Source: Polyangiales bacterium (GTDB lineage Bacteria > Myxococcota_A > Polyangia > Polyangiales > Houyiibacteriaceae). Taken from it: a stretch of DNA of 64,000 bases. The translations under genes and the position numbers were made by a program. Shown in pieces: positions 19,300 through 28,083 of this stretch (its first letter is position 1; every line of letters begins with the position of its first letter). The stretch is from positions 1-64,000 of the forward strand of contig JBGCFM010000001.1 in the NCBI GenBank assembly GCA_045106895.1, read 5' to 3'. The notes beneath the pieces were generated by a model that saw only the letters and a list, made by a program, of their open reading frames with translations, searched no databases and was not told where the DNA came from.

Positions 19300-19987
19300 G
19301 ATCTTCGAGAGCCTTAGCGCAGCTTGGAACACCGGCGAGAGCATCTCCATCGTCGATGCCCTTCGTGGTGTTCTTGCCGCCTTCGTGTTTGGCCAGATGC
19401 TGGCGTGGACGTATGAGCGCACCTACCGCGGGCTCAGCTACTCGCGGGACTTCGCTCAGACCGTTGTGCTCATCACGGTGTCGTCTTCGGTGTTCGTGAT
19501 GGCCATCGGGCGCAGCGTGTACGCGGGACTCGGCTTGCTGGGTGTGCTCTCGATGATTCGTTTTCGCACCACGTTGAAGACCCCACGTGACCTCGTGTTC
19601 TTGCTCGGCGCCGCCACCAGTGGTGTCGCCAGTGGCATCGGCGAACTTCGGGTGGCCATCATCGGCACCCTCGCCTTCTCCCTCGTGGCGCTCTACCTGC
19701 ACAGCGGCCCCCTCGGCGCCCGCAAGCGTTTCGACGGCATCCTTCGTTTTCGTGTCGCAAGCGGTGCCCCCATCGATGGTCGCCTCGGCGAGCTGCTGAC
19801 GGAACACTGTCGACGCACCGCTCTGATGAGCGTCGGCGAGGTCGCACAGGGGAGCGAAGTGGAGCACACGTACCAGGTCAAGTTTGAGAGCGACACAGAC
19901 CGCGGTGAACTGATGAGCGCGTTGCGCACCGAACTGGAAGTCCGGGACGCGCGACTCCTGATGCAAGAGGTGACCCTTGAGTACTGA
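19292..19987 (+). CDS. DUF4956 family membrane protein
   Basis: Several TM helices, signature GVLSMIRFRTTLKTPRDLVFL, C-terminal ACT-like domain; start overlaps the VTC stop. Confidence 0.88.
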   Translation: MPEIFESLSAAWNTGESISIVDALRGVLAAFVFGQMLAWTYERTYRGLSYSRDFAQTVVLITVSSSVFVMAIGRSVYAGLGLLGVLSMIRFRTTLKTPRDLVFLLGAATSGVASGIGELRVAIIGTLAFSLVALYLHSGPLGARKRFDGILRFRVASGAPIDGRLGELLTEHCRRTALMSVGEVAQGSEVEHTYQVKFESDTDRGELMSALRTELEVRDARLLMQEVTLEY

Positions 19988-21110
19988 TGCTGATGCCCAG
20001 AAGCGCCCCAAACGGCGACGGCGTAAGGCACCTGCGTGGCTCGACGGCCGCGTTACGAGCGCGATTGTCTTCGCCATCAGCGTCATTGCGCTAGGCGTCA
20101 TCGAGGTCGCACGCGCACCAAACGTGACGGTCCCGGCCGTCGCTTGGGCCGCGGGAGTCGAGCACCCGGCGCCAGCGGAAACAACGGTGGCCCGCGTGCA
20201 TGTGCGCTTGGGCGAAAACGTGCAGGCCGGCGACGCTCTCGTCACCCTCGATGGTTCCGCCCTGAACCGTCAGCTCGCTCAACTTGACCTTCAGGTTTTG
20301 ATCGCCATTCAAGAAAGCCAAGTTGCCCAGGCGACACTGGTCCACGAGTCATCGCTCCAGAGCATGGAAGTCCAAGCACGGCTCCGCGAATCGATGCGAG
20401 ACGCACAGACGCTGCGCAGTCAGCTCGAGGGCGAAGAGGTTGCTCTGTCCGCGGCGGAGACCGAAGCCGCTCGACTCGGCGAACTCGCGTCAGAACGGCT
20501 GGCCCCTCGCGAGAGCGTTTCGGAGGCATCGCGCCGCGCGCTCACTGCACGCCTCAACCGCGAACGGACGGCGACGCAGCTACGTGGTGAGCTCGGCCGC
20601 CTTCGCGTCCTCCGCACCGGCGACAACGTCGAGGGCGAAGAACTCGTCAGCGCGACAGCTCGCCTGCATGAGAAGCAGCTTGAGCTCCTCCAGAGTCAAC
20701 GCGAAGAGCTGACCCAGCGTATCGACCGCCTCGAAGTACGCGCGACATCCGGCGGTATCGTGGCCAACGTGGTCGGCGAAGGCACCGCTGTGTCCGTTGG
20801 CTCTTCCGTCGCCCGACTGGTTCCGCCACGGGCCACGGAAGTCGTCGCGTATCTTCCACCAGAGACAAACCCGGCCGATGCTGCGTCCCCCGCACGCGTT
20901 CTCATCGCGCAGTCCGACGGGAGCGCATGCGCGGGAGAACTCGAACGACGCGTGGGAGCCGAAGTGACCGCTGTGCCCGGCGCAGGCGCAAGCATCCTCG
21001 CCGGCGCCCTGGGCGGACCGAGCTACGGTCTGCCGATTCACATCTCGCTTCCCGCTGAGTGTCAGCTTGGCGTTGGACAGCGCGTGTGGGTCTCTCTCGA
21101 GGCGCACTGA
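19977..21110 (+). CDS. HlyD-family membrane fusion / periplasmic adaptor protein
   Basis: Basic N-terminus, one TM helix, lipoyl half VARVHVRLGENVQAGDALVTLD, long coiled coil, second half VRATSGGIV...GEGTAV, C-terminal LGVGQRVWV. Confidence 0.85.
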   Translation: MSTDADAQKRPKRRRRKAPAWLDGRVTSAIVFAISVIALGVIEVARAPNVTVPAVAWAAGVEHPAPAETTVARVHVRLGENVQAGDALVTLDGSALNRQLAQLDLQVLIAIQESQVAQATLVHESSLQSMEVQARLRESMRDAQTLRSQLEGEEVALSAAETEAARLGELASERLAPRESVSEASRRALTARLNRERTATQLRGELGRLRVLRTGDNVEGEELVSATARLHEKQLELLQSQREELTQRIDRLEVRATSGGIVANVVGEGTAVSVGSSVARLVPPRATEVVAYLPPETNPADAASPARVLIAQSDGSACAGELERRVGAEVTAVPGAGASILAGALGGPSYGLPIHISLPAECQLGVGQRVWVSLEAH

Positions 21111-21112
21111 AC

Positions 21113-22336
21113 GTGACGAAGACCCTCTTCCGCCTCGCTCAAGCAAGCGGGGCGCTCCTGCTCTGCGTGCTCGCGGCTTGTGCTCGCGACCATGGTGACG
21201 CCAACAGCCGCGTCGCTGCCGCCCTCGACTCGAGTGGGGGAGATGCGCGTGTCCGCGCGGCGGCGGCTCGTTATCGCTCCGCCCGTGAACGCGCGGACAG
21301 CGTAAGCGGCCATGAAGACATGCAGCTACGTGTGCGAGGACTCTCTGGGGAGAACTTCGATCGCGAGCAAGGAGTCGGTATCTCGGTTCGAATCCCGATG
21401 ACAAATCCTTGGGAAATCGCCCGCACCAGAGACGCCCGCAGCGAGGAAGCAATGGCGATGGCACACGCCGTCGAAAGCGAGGCCCTGAGCGTGGCCTCGA
21501 CGCGCTGCACCGAGGGACTCACGCGAAGCGCGGCGCTCGGAGCTGCAGATGCGCAGCGCCGTTTCCACGAGGCCATGACGAGCCTGCAGACTTGGTCCGA
21601 GGGCTGGGTACGTGGAGAGACATTGGGACCGCTGGAGAACGCGGAACTGACCCTTGAAATCGAACGACGTATGGCGGAACTGGTAACGCCACCGGTCAGC
21701 GAAGGGGACACCGTGCCGCTTCCGCCGTTGGTCGCTAGCCCTCCCCTCGACGCGCGACTGGAGACAATCCGCGAGCGAGTACAAACGGCCCACCCAGCAA
21801 TGGAGCAGCATGCCGCCGCCGCGCGCGCATACCGAGCGCTCGCTCGCCGGGAAAGGGCGCGAGCGGCGCCATGGTTTGGTTTCGTCGAGTTTGGCTATGA
21901 GTTCGAGCGGGCGCGTTTGGACAACCAGGACCGACAAGCCATCGAAGCGCGTTTTGCGATCACCGTTCCACTTGCCATGCGCCCTCGACACGCCATCGCT
22001 CGACAAGAAGCCAGGGCCGAGGCCGAAGAGCTCGACGCCACGGCGGCGTCCGAGGAGCTCGCCCGCGAGGCTGCCATCGCGCTGGCGGGTGTTTCTTCCT
22101 TCGCTCTTCGCGCGACATCCCTGAGCTCACTCCGGGAACGTGCCGACGAATCCGAAACCATGGCGGTTCGTTATTTGGAAGAACGGCACGGCGATCCACG
22201 CTCGGTGCTTGGGGTCTTGGTCGAAGTCCTCCGTACACGCCTCGCGGTCCTCGACGCCCAGCGTCGTGCGGGACTCGCGGCCTGCGACCTCTACATGTCC
22301 ACGGGCGTCGCCGCCGCGGACTGGCCCCGTCAGTGA
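21113..22336 (+). CDS. TolC-like outer-membrane efflux protein (lipoprotein)
   Basis: Lipobox VLAAC; duplicated helix/beta-hairpin pattern (GISVRIPM; RFAITVPL); follows the HlyD gene. Divergent sequence. Confidence 0.65.
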   Translation: MTKTLFRLAQASGALLLCVLAACARDHGDANSRVAAALDSSGGDARVRAAAARYRSARERADSVSGHEDMQLRVRGLSGENFDREQGVGISVRIPMTNPWEIARTRDARSEEAMAMAHAVESEALSVASTRCTEGLTRSAALGAADAQRRFHEAMTSLQTWSEGWVRGETLGPLENAELTLEIERRMAELVTPPVSEGDTVPLPPLVASPPLDARLETIRERVQTAHPAMEQHAAAARAYRALARRERARAAPWFGFVEFGYEFERARLDNQDRQAIEARFAITVPLAMRPRHAIARQEARAEAEELDATAASEELAREAAIALAGVSSFALRATSLSSLRERADESETMAVRYLEERHGDPRSVLGVLVEVLRTRLAVLDAQRRAGLAACDLYMSTGVAAADWPRQ

Positions 22337-23322
22337 GACCGACGCTTTGCCTCGTCTTTTGCCTCGCCGCTTGTTCGGGGTCATGCGGGTCTGAGCTTCC
22401 TCAACGTACGAGTGCGACGCTCGGCCACCCGGCTCCTCCGCTTCAAGAGCGCGCGCCGGAACTTGACGCGGACCTTCCCTCGCCAGTCTGCGAGGCGTCC
22501 GCCTTGCTCATGCTCTCAGACCACACTTGGCTCGTCGCGGACAACGAAGTTCACGAGCATCTGTTTGGGTTTGCGCGCGACTTCGGTGAGGCCTCGCTTT
22601 TTGAGATGCCCGCGGAACGCCGCCCGCGCGACATTGAGGCCCTCGCTCGCGTCGGTGAGGGCGAGTTCCTGGTGGTGGGGTCACACAGCCATCGCCGTGA
22701 CGGCTCCCACAGTCGAAAGCGGCACCGACTACGCTGGCTGCGCTTCGTCAGTCATCAAGGCGGCGCCGAAGAGACTGACTACGCCGACGCCTCGGAGATG
22801 CTCTGGCAGGAAGGCGTCGACGAATGCAGACAGAGTCTCTTCACAGACAGTGTCCCCGAGAGCGATGGCGAACTCGCAGAGAGCTTCTGCCAAGCCCTCG
22901 TCGCAGCGGGCGAGATGGACATCGAAGGTGCGGCCAGCGTGGATGGCCATGTCTGGCTTGGGTTTCGACGCCCCCAGATCGACGGCGACGCGGTCATGGC
23001 GCGCCTTGCTGGGCGACAGCTTCGTTTCGATGCCATCGAGACCATCGACCTTGGAGGGAGAGCGATTCGCGCGATGGATAGCCACGCAGAACAACTCTAC
23101 GTGATCGGAGGTCCAAGCGAAGACGCGATGGACGCGCACGCTCTCTTTGTGATTCGGCATGGCGACGCCACGGAGCTCGCGCCTCTACCGCCCTACTCCG
23201 AGGGACTCGCGCTTCATTCGCCGGGGCATGCGCTCATCGTCACGGATGGCCGTGCCGGCGCTGTGACGTGCGACGAGCCCTCGCGCGTCAAGACCATCCA
23301 CTTCAGCGTGCCGGCGCCGTAG
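22333..23322 (+). CDS. DUF3616-like beta-propeller lipoprotein
   Basis: Lipobox LAAC; EASA, DIEALA..LVVGSHS, DIEGAA..VWLGFRRP, LGGRAIRAM, SEGLA. Confidence 0.7.
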   Translation: MRPTLCLVFCLAACSGSCGSELPQRTSATLGHPAPPLQERAPELDADLPSPVCEASALLMLSDHTWLVADNEVHEHLFGFARDFGEASLFEMPAERRPRDIEALARVGEGEFLVVGSHSHRRDGSHSRKRHRLRWLRFVSHQGGAEETDYADASEMLWQEGVDECRQSLFTDSVPESDGELAESFCQALVAAGEMDIEGAASVDGHVWLGFRRPQIDGDAVMARLAGRQLRFDAIETIDLGGRAIRAMDSHAEQLYVIGGPSEDAMDAHALFVIRHGDATELAPLPPYSEGLALHSPGHALIVTDGRAGAVTCDEPSRVKTIHFSVPAP

Positions 23323-23647
23323 CTTCTCGAACGAAGCGTAGGTAATCGTCGCTTCCGTCTGCCGAGAGGATAAGCAGCTCGGGCACGTCGTACGGATGGT
23401 GTTCGAGGATCCAAGTCTCGAGCGCCTCGATACAGCCGCCCGTTGTCTTGATGACGAGCTGGATTTCTTGCTCGTCTTCGACGGCGCCTTTCCAACGGTA
23501 GAAACTTCGGACGCCGGGGAGCAGGTTGACGCATGCCGCGTGTCGCGACTCGATGAGTCCACGCGCGATGCGTTCAGCGTCGTCCACGTTCGGCGCCGTG
23601 GTGAGGACCACGAGGACCTCAGAATCAGTGTCTTCTCCACGTGCCAC
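23303..23647 (-). CDS. cutA: Divalent-cation tolerance protein CutA
   Basis: VLTTAP...IARGLIE..AACVN..GVRSFYRWKG..E..LVIKT...HHPYDVPEL. Confidence 0.93.
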   Translation of the reverse strand: MARGEDTDSEVLVVLTTAPNVDDAERIARGLIESRHAACVNLLPGVRSFYRWKGAVEDEQEIQLVIKTTGGCIEALETWILEHHPYDVPELLILSADGSDDYLRFVREATAPAR

Positions 23648-24243
23648 TAGAACGCGATGATCCGTCGAGTGCGCGGTCGCACGTATACGACTCCGCTCGT
23701 TCCCGTCCAACCAAGAACCGGTCCGAGGAGCTCCCGCCCTTGGGTCGCAATCGGCACGAGTACCGCGCGGTCGTCGGCTTCGAGAGGGACCTGCGGATCG
23801 GGGGCTGTAAACTCCAGTCCGTTGACGTCGACGAGCCCCGTCACGGCCAATGAGCCGCGTACCCGGCGAACCGAGAGGAACTGCTGGGCGATACGGCGAC
23901 TCGGGACGGTTCTTCGTCGACGGCCTCCAAAACGCATCGTCATCGGGTCCGAGAGGAAGCCTTGGATTTCTTCGCGAGTGCCCGTCGCCGCCGCTTCAAA
24001 GAAACCGCGGACGACGTCGATGGCCACGTTGCCATTGTCGACGGCGAGGAGGCCCATCACTTCGCCCGACGACGCCTCCAGGTTGGCGGGAGGGGTATAA
24101 GGAAGCGGATCCGCTGCGGTGTCCGGCGCAGCCTGAGGCGCCGGTGCCGCTGCGCCGCATGCGAGCGTGCAAACGCACGCGCAGGACGTGAGAAATCGAC
24201 GGGCGCTCTTCGCCCATGACGCTGCGGTGGAAGCGCGAATCAC
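23647..24243 (-). CDS. Hypothetical lipoprotein
   Basis: Lipobox TLAC; overlaps both neighbours in operon fashion. Confidence 0.6.
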   Translation of the reverse strand: MIRASTAASWAKSARRFLTSCACVCTLACGAAAPAPQAAPDTAADPLPYTPPANLEASSGEVMGLLAVDNGNVAIDVVRGFFEAAATGTREEIQGFLSDPMTMRFGGRRRRTVPSRRIAQQFLSVRRVRGSLAVTGLVDVNGLEFTAPDPQVPLEADDRAVLVPIATQGRELLGPVLGWTGTSGVVYVRPRTRRIIAF

Positions 24244-25055
24244 TCGTGGACGTGTAGCACGATGTCGCGGTCGACGACGAGTGTTGAGCCGTCCTTCACC
24301 GTGGCAAACCCCGCCGGCGCTTCATCGCCGGATGCAAAGAACACGTAGCGAAGAACCCGCGGGTCGCCGACCGGCACGGGGTCGAGTCCGGTCGGAGGGT
24401 CATGGAGACCCACGCGCTCAACGTAGTGAAGCCGAGCCCCTCGGGACATCGCCCCCAGGAGTCGGCCGTTGGTGAGCAAGATGTTGTAGTCGGGCGTTGG
24501 CGCGCCTATTTCCGCGCTCAGTCGGTCGACGAGAGAGACCGCAGCGCGCATGGCGAGGACCACATCGTCGCCGGTCACTCCGCGGTCGTCGAGGCGTCCC
24601 GCGTCATGAAGAAACGACAGAATCACGTGGAAGAGGAGCTCGCTGTCCGTCTGCCCGCGTACGTTCCGAAGCAAAAAGTCGTGAACCGCGTTCCGCAGGC
24701 CGTCACGGATCGCGTCAAAACGCTCGAGCGTCCCCGTGTGAGCGAATAGCCAGCGTCGGTACCGAAATGGATGTGTATTTTCGCTTCGAAAATCGCCGAC
24801 GGTGGGGCGCCGTGCATGCATGACCGCGCAGTCCGTTTTGACGCCTTCCAAAAAGGTTCGCCACGCGATGGGCTCGGAGTCACGGCGTGGCTGCTTCTTA
24901 TGGAGCACCTCGTCGCCTTGGTAGAACCCGATTCCAATTCCCGAGACCGTCGTTGAGGAGTCCTGCAACTCGCTCGCGAGAGCGTCGCGCTCCTGATGCG
25001 CAACCGCCGCTATCCGATCCCGCCGATTCGCCATGATACCCATCAATCGTGCCAT
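24240..25055 (-). CDS. Class II glutamine amidotransferase-like protein (YafJ/EgtC-like), N-terminal Cys replaced by Ala
   Basis: GIGFY, HARRPTVG, ENTHPF, WLFAHTG, GQTDSELLF, NILLTNG; AGAGGAG RBS. Confidence 0.85.
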   Translation of the reverse strand: MARLMGIMANRRDRIAAVAHQERDALASELQDSSTTVSGIGIGFYQGDEVLHKKQPRRDSEPIAWRTFLEGVKTDCAVMHARRPTVGDFRSENTHPFRYRRWLFAHTGTLERFDAIRDGLRNAVHDFLLRNVRGQTDSELLFHVILSFLHDAGRLDDRGVTGDDVVLAMRAAVSLVDRLSAEIGAPTPDYNILLTNGRLLGAMSRGARLHYVERVGLHDPPTGLDPVPVGDPRVLRYVFFASGDEAPAGFATVKDGSTLVVDRDIVLHVHE

Positions 25056-25115
25056 TGCGCTGGTGTCTCCTCTGGGTTCGTGCCTACTTGACTGTAGAGC
25101 CTGGCGTTCGGGTCG

Positions 25116-25343
25116 TCACCCGTCGCTCCTCGAATTATCTGGCTCCCTCTCGTCCATGGTCTCGACACCGGACAGAGCCGTCTTATTCCCCGCCGGCTCT
25201 TCGTCTGATTCCGCGACTCGAAGCAGCATGCTGTCGGTTCGCTGACGTGCCGCAGAACGCATCCATGGAATCGCCACGCGCAAACCGATGAGTATCGCAA
25301 GGGTGCAGATACCAACGGCTATCGTGGAGTCAAAGTTGAGCAC
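25116..25343 (-). CDS. Small hypothetical membrane protein
   Basis: 75 aa, one hydrophobic helix (IAVGICTLAILIGLRVAI); fills an otherwise empty gap. Confidence 0.4.
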   Translation of the reverse strand: MLNFDSTIAVGICTLAILIGLRVAIPWMRSAARQRTDSMLLRVAESDEEPAGNKTALSGVETMDEREPDNSRSDG

Positions 25344-25370
25344 GCTCGGATTACAGGGGATCGCCGTTTG

Positions 25371-28040
25371 ATGCGCAAGTCCAGCATTCCATCGTCACGT
25401 TTGCTAGGGTTCCGCGTGCTTCGGATTGCAGCGCTCGTGGGGCTCCTTTGTTGCGCGACGAGTTCTAGCCAAGCGCAGCCCGCGCCGGCTTCCAGCTATC
25501 GCGTGGAAGCGTCCCTCACGGGCGATCTGCTTCGTGTGACGACGACCATCGACGTGCGGCCGACGACGGAGGAGCGGCTACGATTCTGGTTCTACTCGGA
25601 CCGCCTCGCTGAGGTACCGAGGGCGATGGACGAACATAATGCGCGTTGGATTTTTCCGCGGGAGGTGGACCTATCGTCCATCGAAGAGCTCATCGTCGAG
25701 GTCGATGGCCAACCAGCGGAGCACCGATGGGCCCTCGGACTTCAAGACAGTCGTGACGGCCGCGATGCCGCCGGTTCACAGTTGTGGGTCGAAGCGGAGG
25801 TCGGCCGCACCCACCGCGTTGTGATTCGTTTTGCGCAGCGGATGCCTGAGCGCTTCGGGCGTGTCGGCGCCGTCGGATCCCGAGTTTCGCTCAATGGACC
25901 TTGGTATCCCTTGCTGCTCCAAGGAGACACCTACCGCACCGTGGCCGAACACAGCGTGCGCTTCTGCAGCGAGCAAGCGGTGGAGGTCGCCGGCGCCGAG
26001 GTCGACGGGGACTGTCACGTGCTGACACGTCGAGGAAGCTACGTGCCAGTCTCCATCGCCGAAGAGTGGCACACGCGCGAGCTGTCGCGCGGATCCGCTC
26101 GGATCCGGCTCTGGTCGCACCGGCCCATCTACGTCCCTCCTCGAGACGACGCGCCCGGCGCGAGCGGCATTCGAGACATCGCGCGTATCGACATGGCCGG
26201 AAACATGGCGCGCGTCGCCGCCGGCGTGGCGGAGACCCTTCGACTCAGTGAGATCGCGGTGCGCCCCGGTGTGATGGACATCGTGCTGACTCCGTCGCGC
26301 ACCGAACTTGCGGGCACCGCACCCGGCGCCGTCCTCGTGAGCGACCGAATCTACGAAGTATTGCCCTTCGATGCCGTCCGCGCGCTTCATGACCGGGCCC
26401 TCGCGCGGGCGTTCTTTCGCTGGCACCTGGCTCCGCGGGTCAATCGCGTGGAGGCGGCGGCGAACCGAGCGTGGGCGGAGGACCTACGCGCTGTCGTACT
26501 GACGGACTTAGACCTGCGTCGCCAAAGCGGTGAGCTCACGACCACCGAAGATCTCATGAGCTGGGCGGGGTTTCACCCGGCCGTCGATCAGCTTCTCTAC
26601 GCGCCGCAGGTGGCCTTCACGGACGCGCTCTTTGGTGTCGTGTCCGAGCCCGACTCCTTTCGCGAATCACCCGAGCGCTCCCGTCACCCGCAGGCGCGCG
26701 GGCGGCGAATCCTGGAGCATGCCCGCGACAGACTCAGCACAGAGCGCTTGCGCGAATGGACCCGGGAGCTTCTGCGTCTGCGACGTTCCGCGCCTTCCAC
26801 TCTCGACGAGGAAGAGCGAAGTGCGCTCTCGCAGTGGCTCGAAGCGCCAAACCTACCGGTCAACTACCGCCTGGGCGAGGTAAGAACGACCCGCGAGGGC
26901 GCGCAGTACGTCCACCGCATCGAGGTCTTTCGCGACGGCGCCAATCGACGCGAACCGGTTGTGGTTCGTGTCGAACAACGGCGAGGCGCTCCCGTAAACG
27001 CCACTTGGGACGAAGAAGGCGCGCGCGGCGAAGTGGTCATCCGCACGGACTCACCGCGCCGTCGCGTGGAGATCGACCCGCGTCGACGACTGCCTCAGGA
27101 CGCTTCCCTCGCCGGAGGGCACCCTCTCCGCGATGACACCGACCGCCTGCGCTGGCGGCCACCGATCCTGCAGCAGTTCAACATCGAAGTGAGCACCCGT
27201 GGCGTCTTCACAGGGCTCCTCGATTTTGCGCTGCGCCGACAGTTCGACCTGGAGAACAGCGTCGGATTGCGCCTCACGACGGGCCCTCGCGCGGTCGGCG
27301 GGCAGCTGCGCTACACCCGCGGCATCGGCCGAAAACGAGACAACAACTCGCGCGTGGGTCGTTTCGGCGCGGCCCTGCTCTTCGACCGACTTCGGGATGG
27401 TTTCATCCAAGGCGAAGAAGGCGGCTGGCGAAGTGGACTCTTGCTAAGCGGGGTGTTCAGCAACCAGCGCTTCTTCCTGGACCCACGCTCGGGTGGACTC
27501 GCCATCGGCGCGCTGCGTGCCGCGGTGGTGAGGCGAGACGACGGGAGCACGTCGTACACGCTCACGCCGAGCTTCCGCGGGAACATCACGGTTCCCATCG
27601 GGCTGCGTAGCGCCCTCGTCCTGGCGGGGGGCGGCAGCTACGCCTTCGGCGAGCCCATCGCCAGTGAGCTGCCGGGGCTGGGGAGCCGCTTCTATCTCAG
27701 GGGGTATGCGCCGGGCTCCCTCGCCGGGCGCGGAAACGCCTTCGCCGTCGCCGAGCTGCGCTTTACGCCAACCGGCCTCTCGGACCTTCAGCTGAACGCT
27801 TTGCACGTGGCCTGGATACGCGAGGTGCAGTTCGCGGTCTTTGCAGGAGCTGGCGTCGTAGCCTCGCCGCGGTCCCTTCCATACGGCGCCGAGGTGGGAT
27901 TTGGAGTCCGGCTTCACATTGACTACGCAGGCATACTCCCGGCTGTTTTTGTGGCAGACCTGGCAGTTCCTTTGGTTCGCGAGGCAGGTGGGACAGGTCC
28001 TCCGCTCACGGTCTTCGTCGCTTTCCAGCAATACTATTAA
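25371..28040 (+). CDS. Secreted protein: M1-peptidase-like N-terminal region plus Omp85/BamA-like C-terminal beta-barrel
   Basis: Signal peptide; GPWYP and VEIDP motifs recall M1 aminopeptidases; C-terminal amphipathic strands, YLRGY, GFGVRL, ends FQQYY. Confidence 0.55.
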   Translation: MRKSSIPSSRLLGFRVLRIAALVGLLCCATSSSQAQPAPASSYRVEASLTGDLLRVTTTIDVRPTTEERLRFWFYSDRLAEVPRAMDEHNARWIFPREVDLSSIEELIVEVDGQPAEHRWALGLQDSRDGRDAAGSQLWVEAEVGRTHRVVIRFAQRMPERFGRVGAVGSRVSLNGPWYPLLLQGDTYRTVAEHSVRFCSEQAVEVAGAEVDGDCHVLTRRGSYVPVSIAEEWHTRELSRGSARIRLWSHRPIYVPPRDDAPGASGIRDIARIDMAGNMARVAAGVAETLRLSEIAVRPGVMDIVLTPSRTELAGTAPGAVLVSDRIYEVLPFDAVRALHDRALARAFFRWHLAPRVNRVEAAANRAWAEDLRAVVLTDLDLRRQSGELTTTEDLMSWAGFHPAVDQLLYAPQVAFTDALFGVVSEPDSFRESPERSRHPQARGRRILEHARDRLSTERLREWTRELLRLRRSAPSTLDEEERSALSQWLEAPNLPVNYRLGEVRTTREGAQYVHRIEVFRDGANRREPVVVRVEQRRGAPVNATWDEEGARGEVVIRTDSPRRRVEIDPRRRLPQDASLAGGHPLRDDTDRLRWRPPILQQFNIEVSTRGVFTGLLDFALRRQFDLENSVGLRLTTGPRAVGGQLRYTRGIGRKRDNNSRVGRFGAALLFDRLRDGFIQGEEGGWRSGLLLSGVFSNQRFFLDPRSGGLAIGALRAAVVRRDDGSTSYTLTPSFRGNITVPIGLRSALVLAGGGSYAFGEPIASELPGLGSRFYLRGYAPGSLAGRGNAFAVAELRFTPTGLSDLQLNALHVAWIREVQFAVFAGAGVVASPRSLPYGAEVGFGVRLHIDYAGILPAVFVADLAVPLVREAGGTGPPLTVFVAFQQYY

Positions 28041-28083
28041 CGACGATCGATCCGGGCTCCCTAAGGCAGTGTAGAGTGATGTC

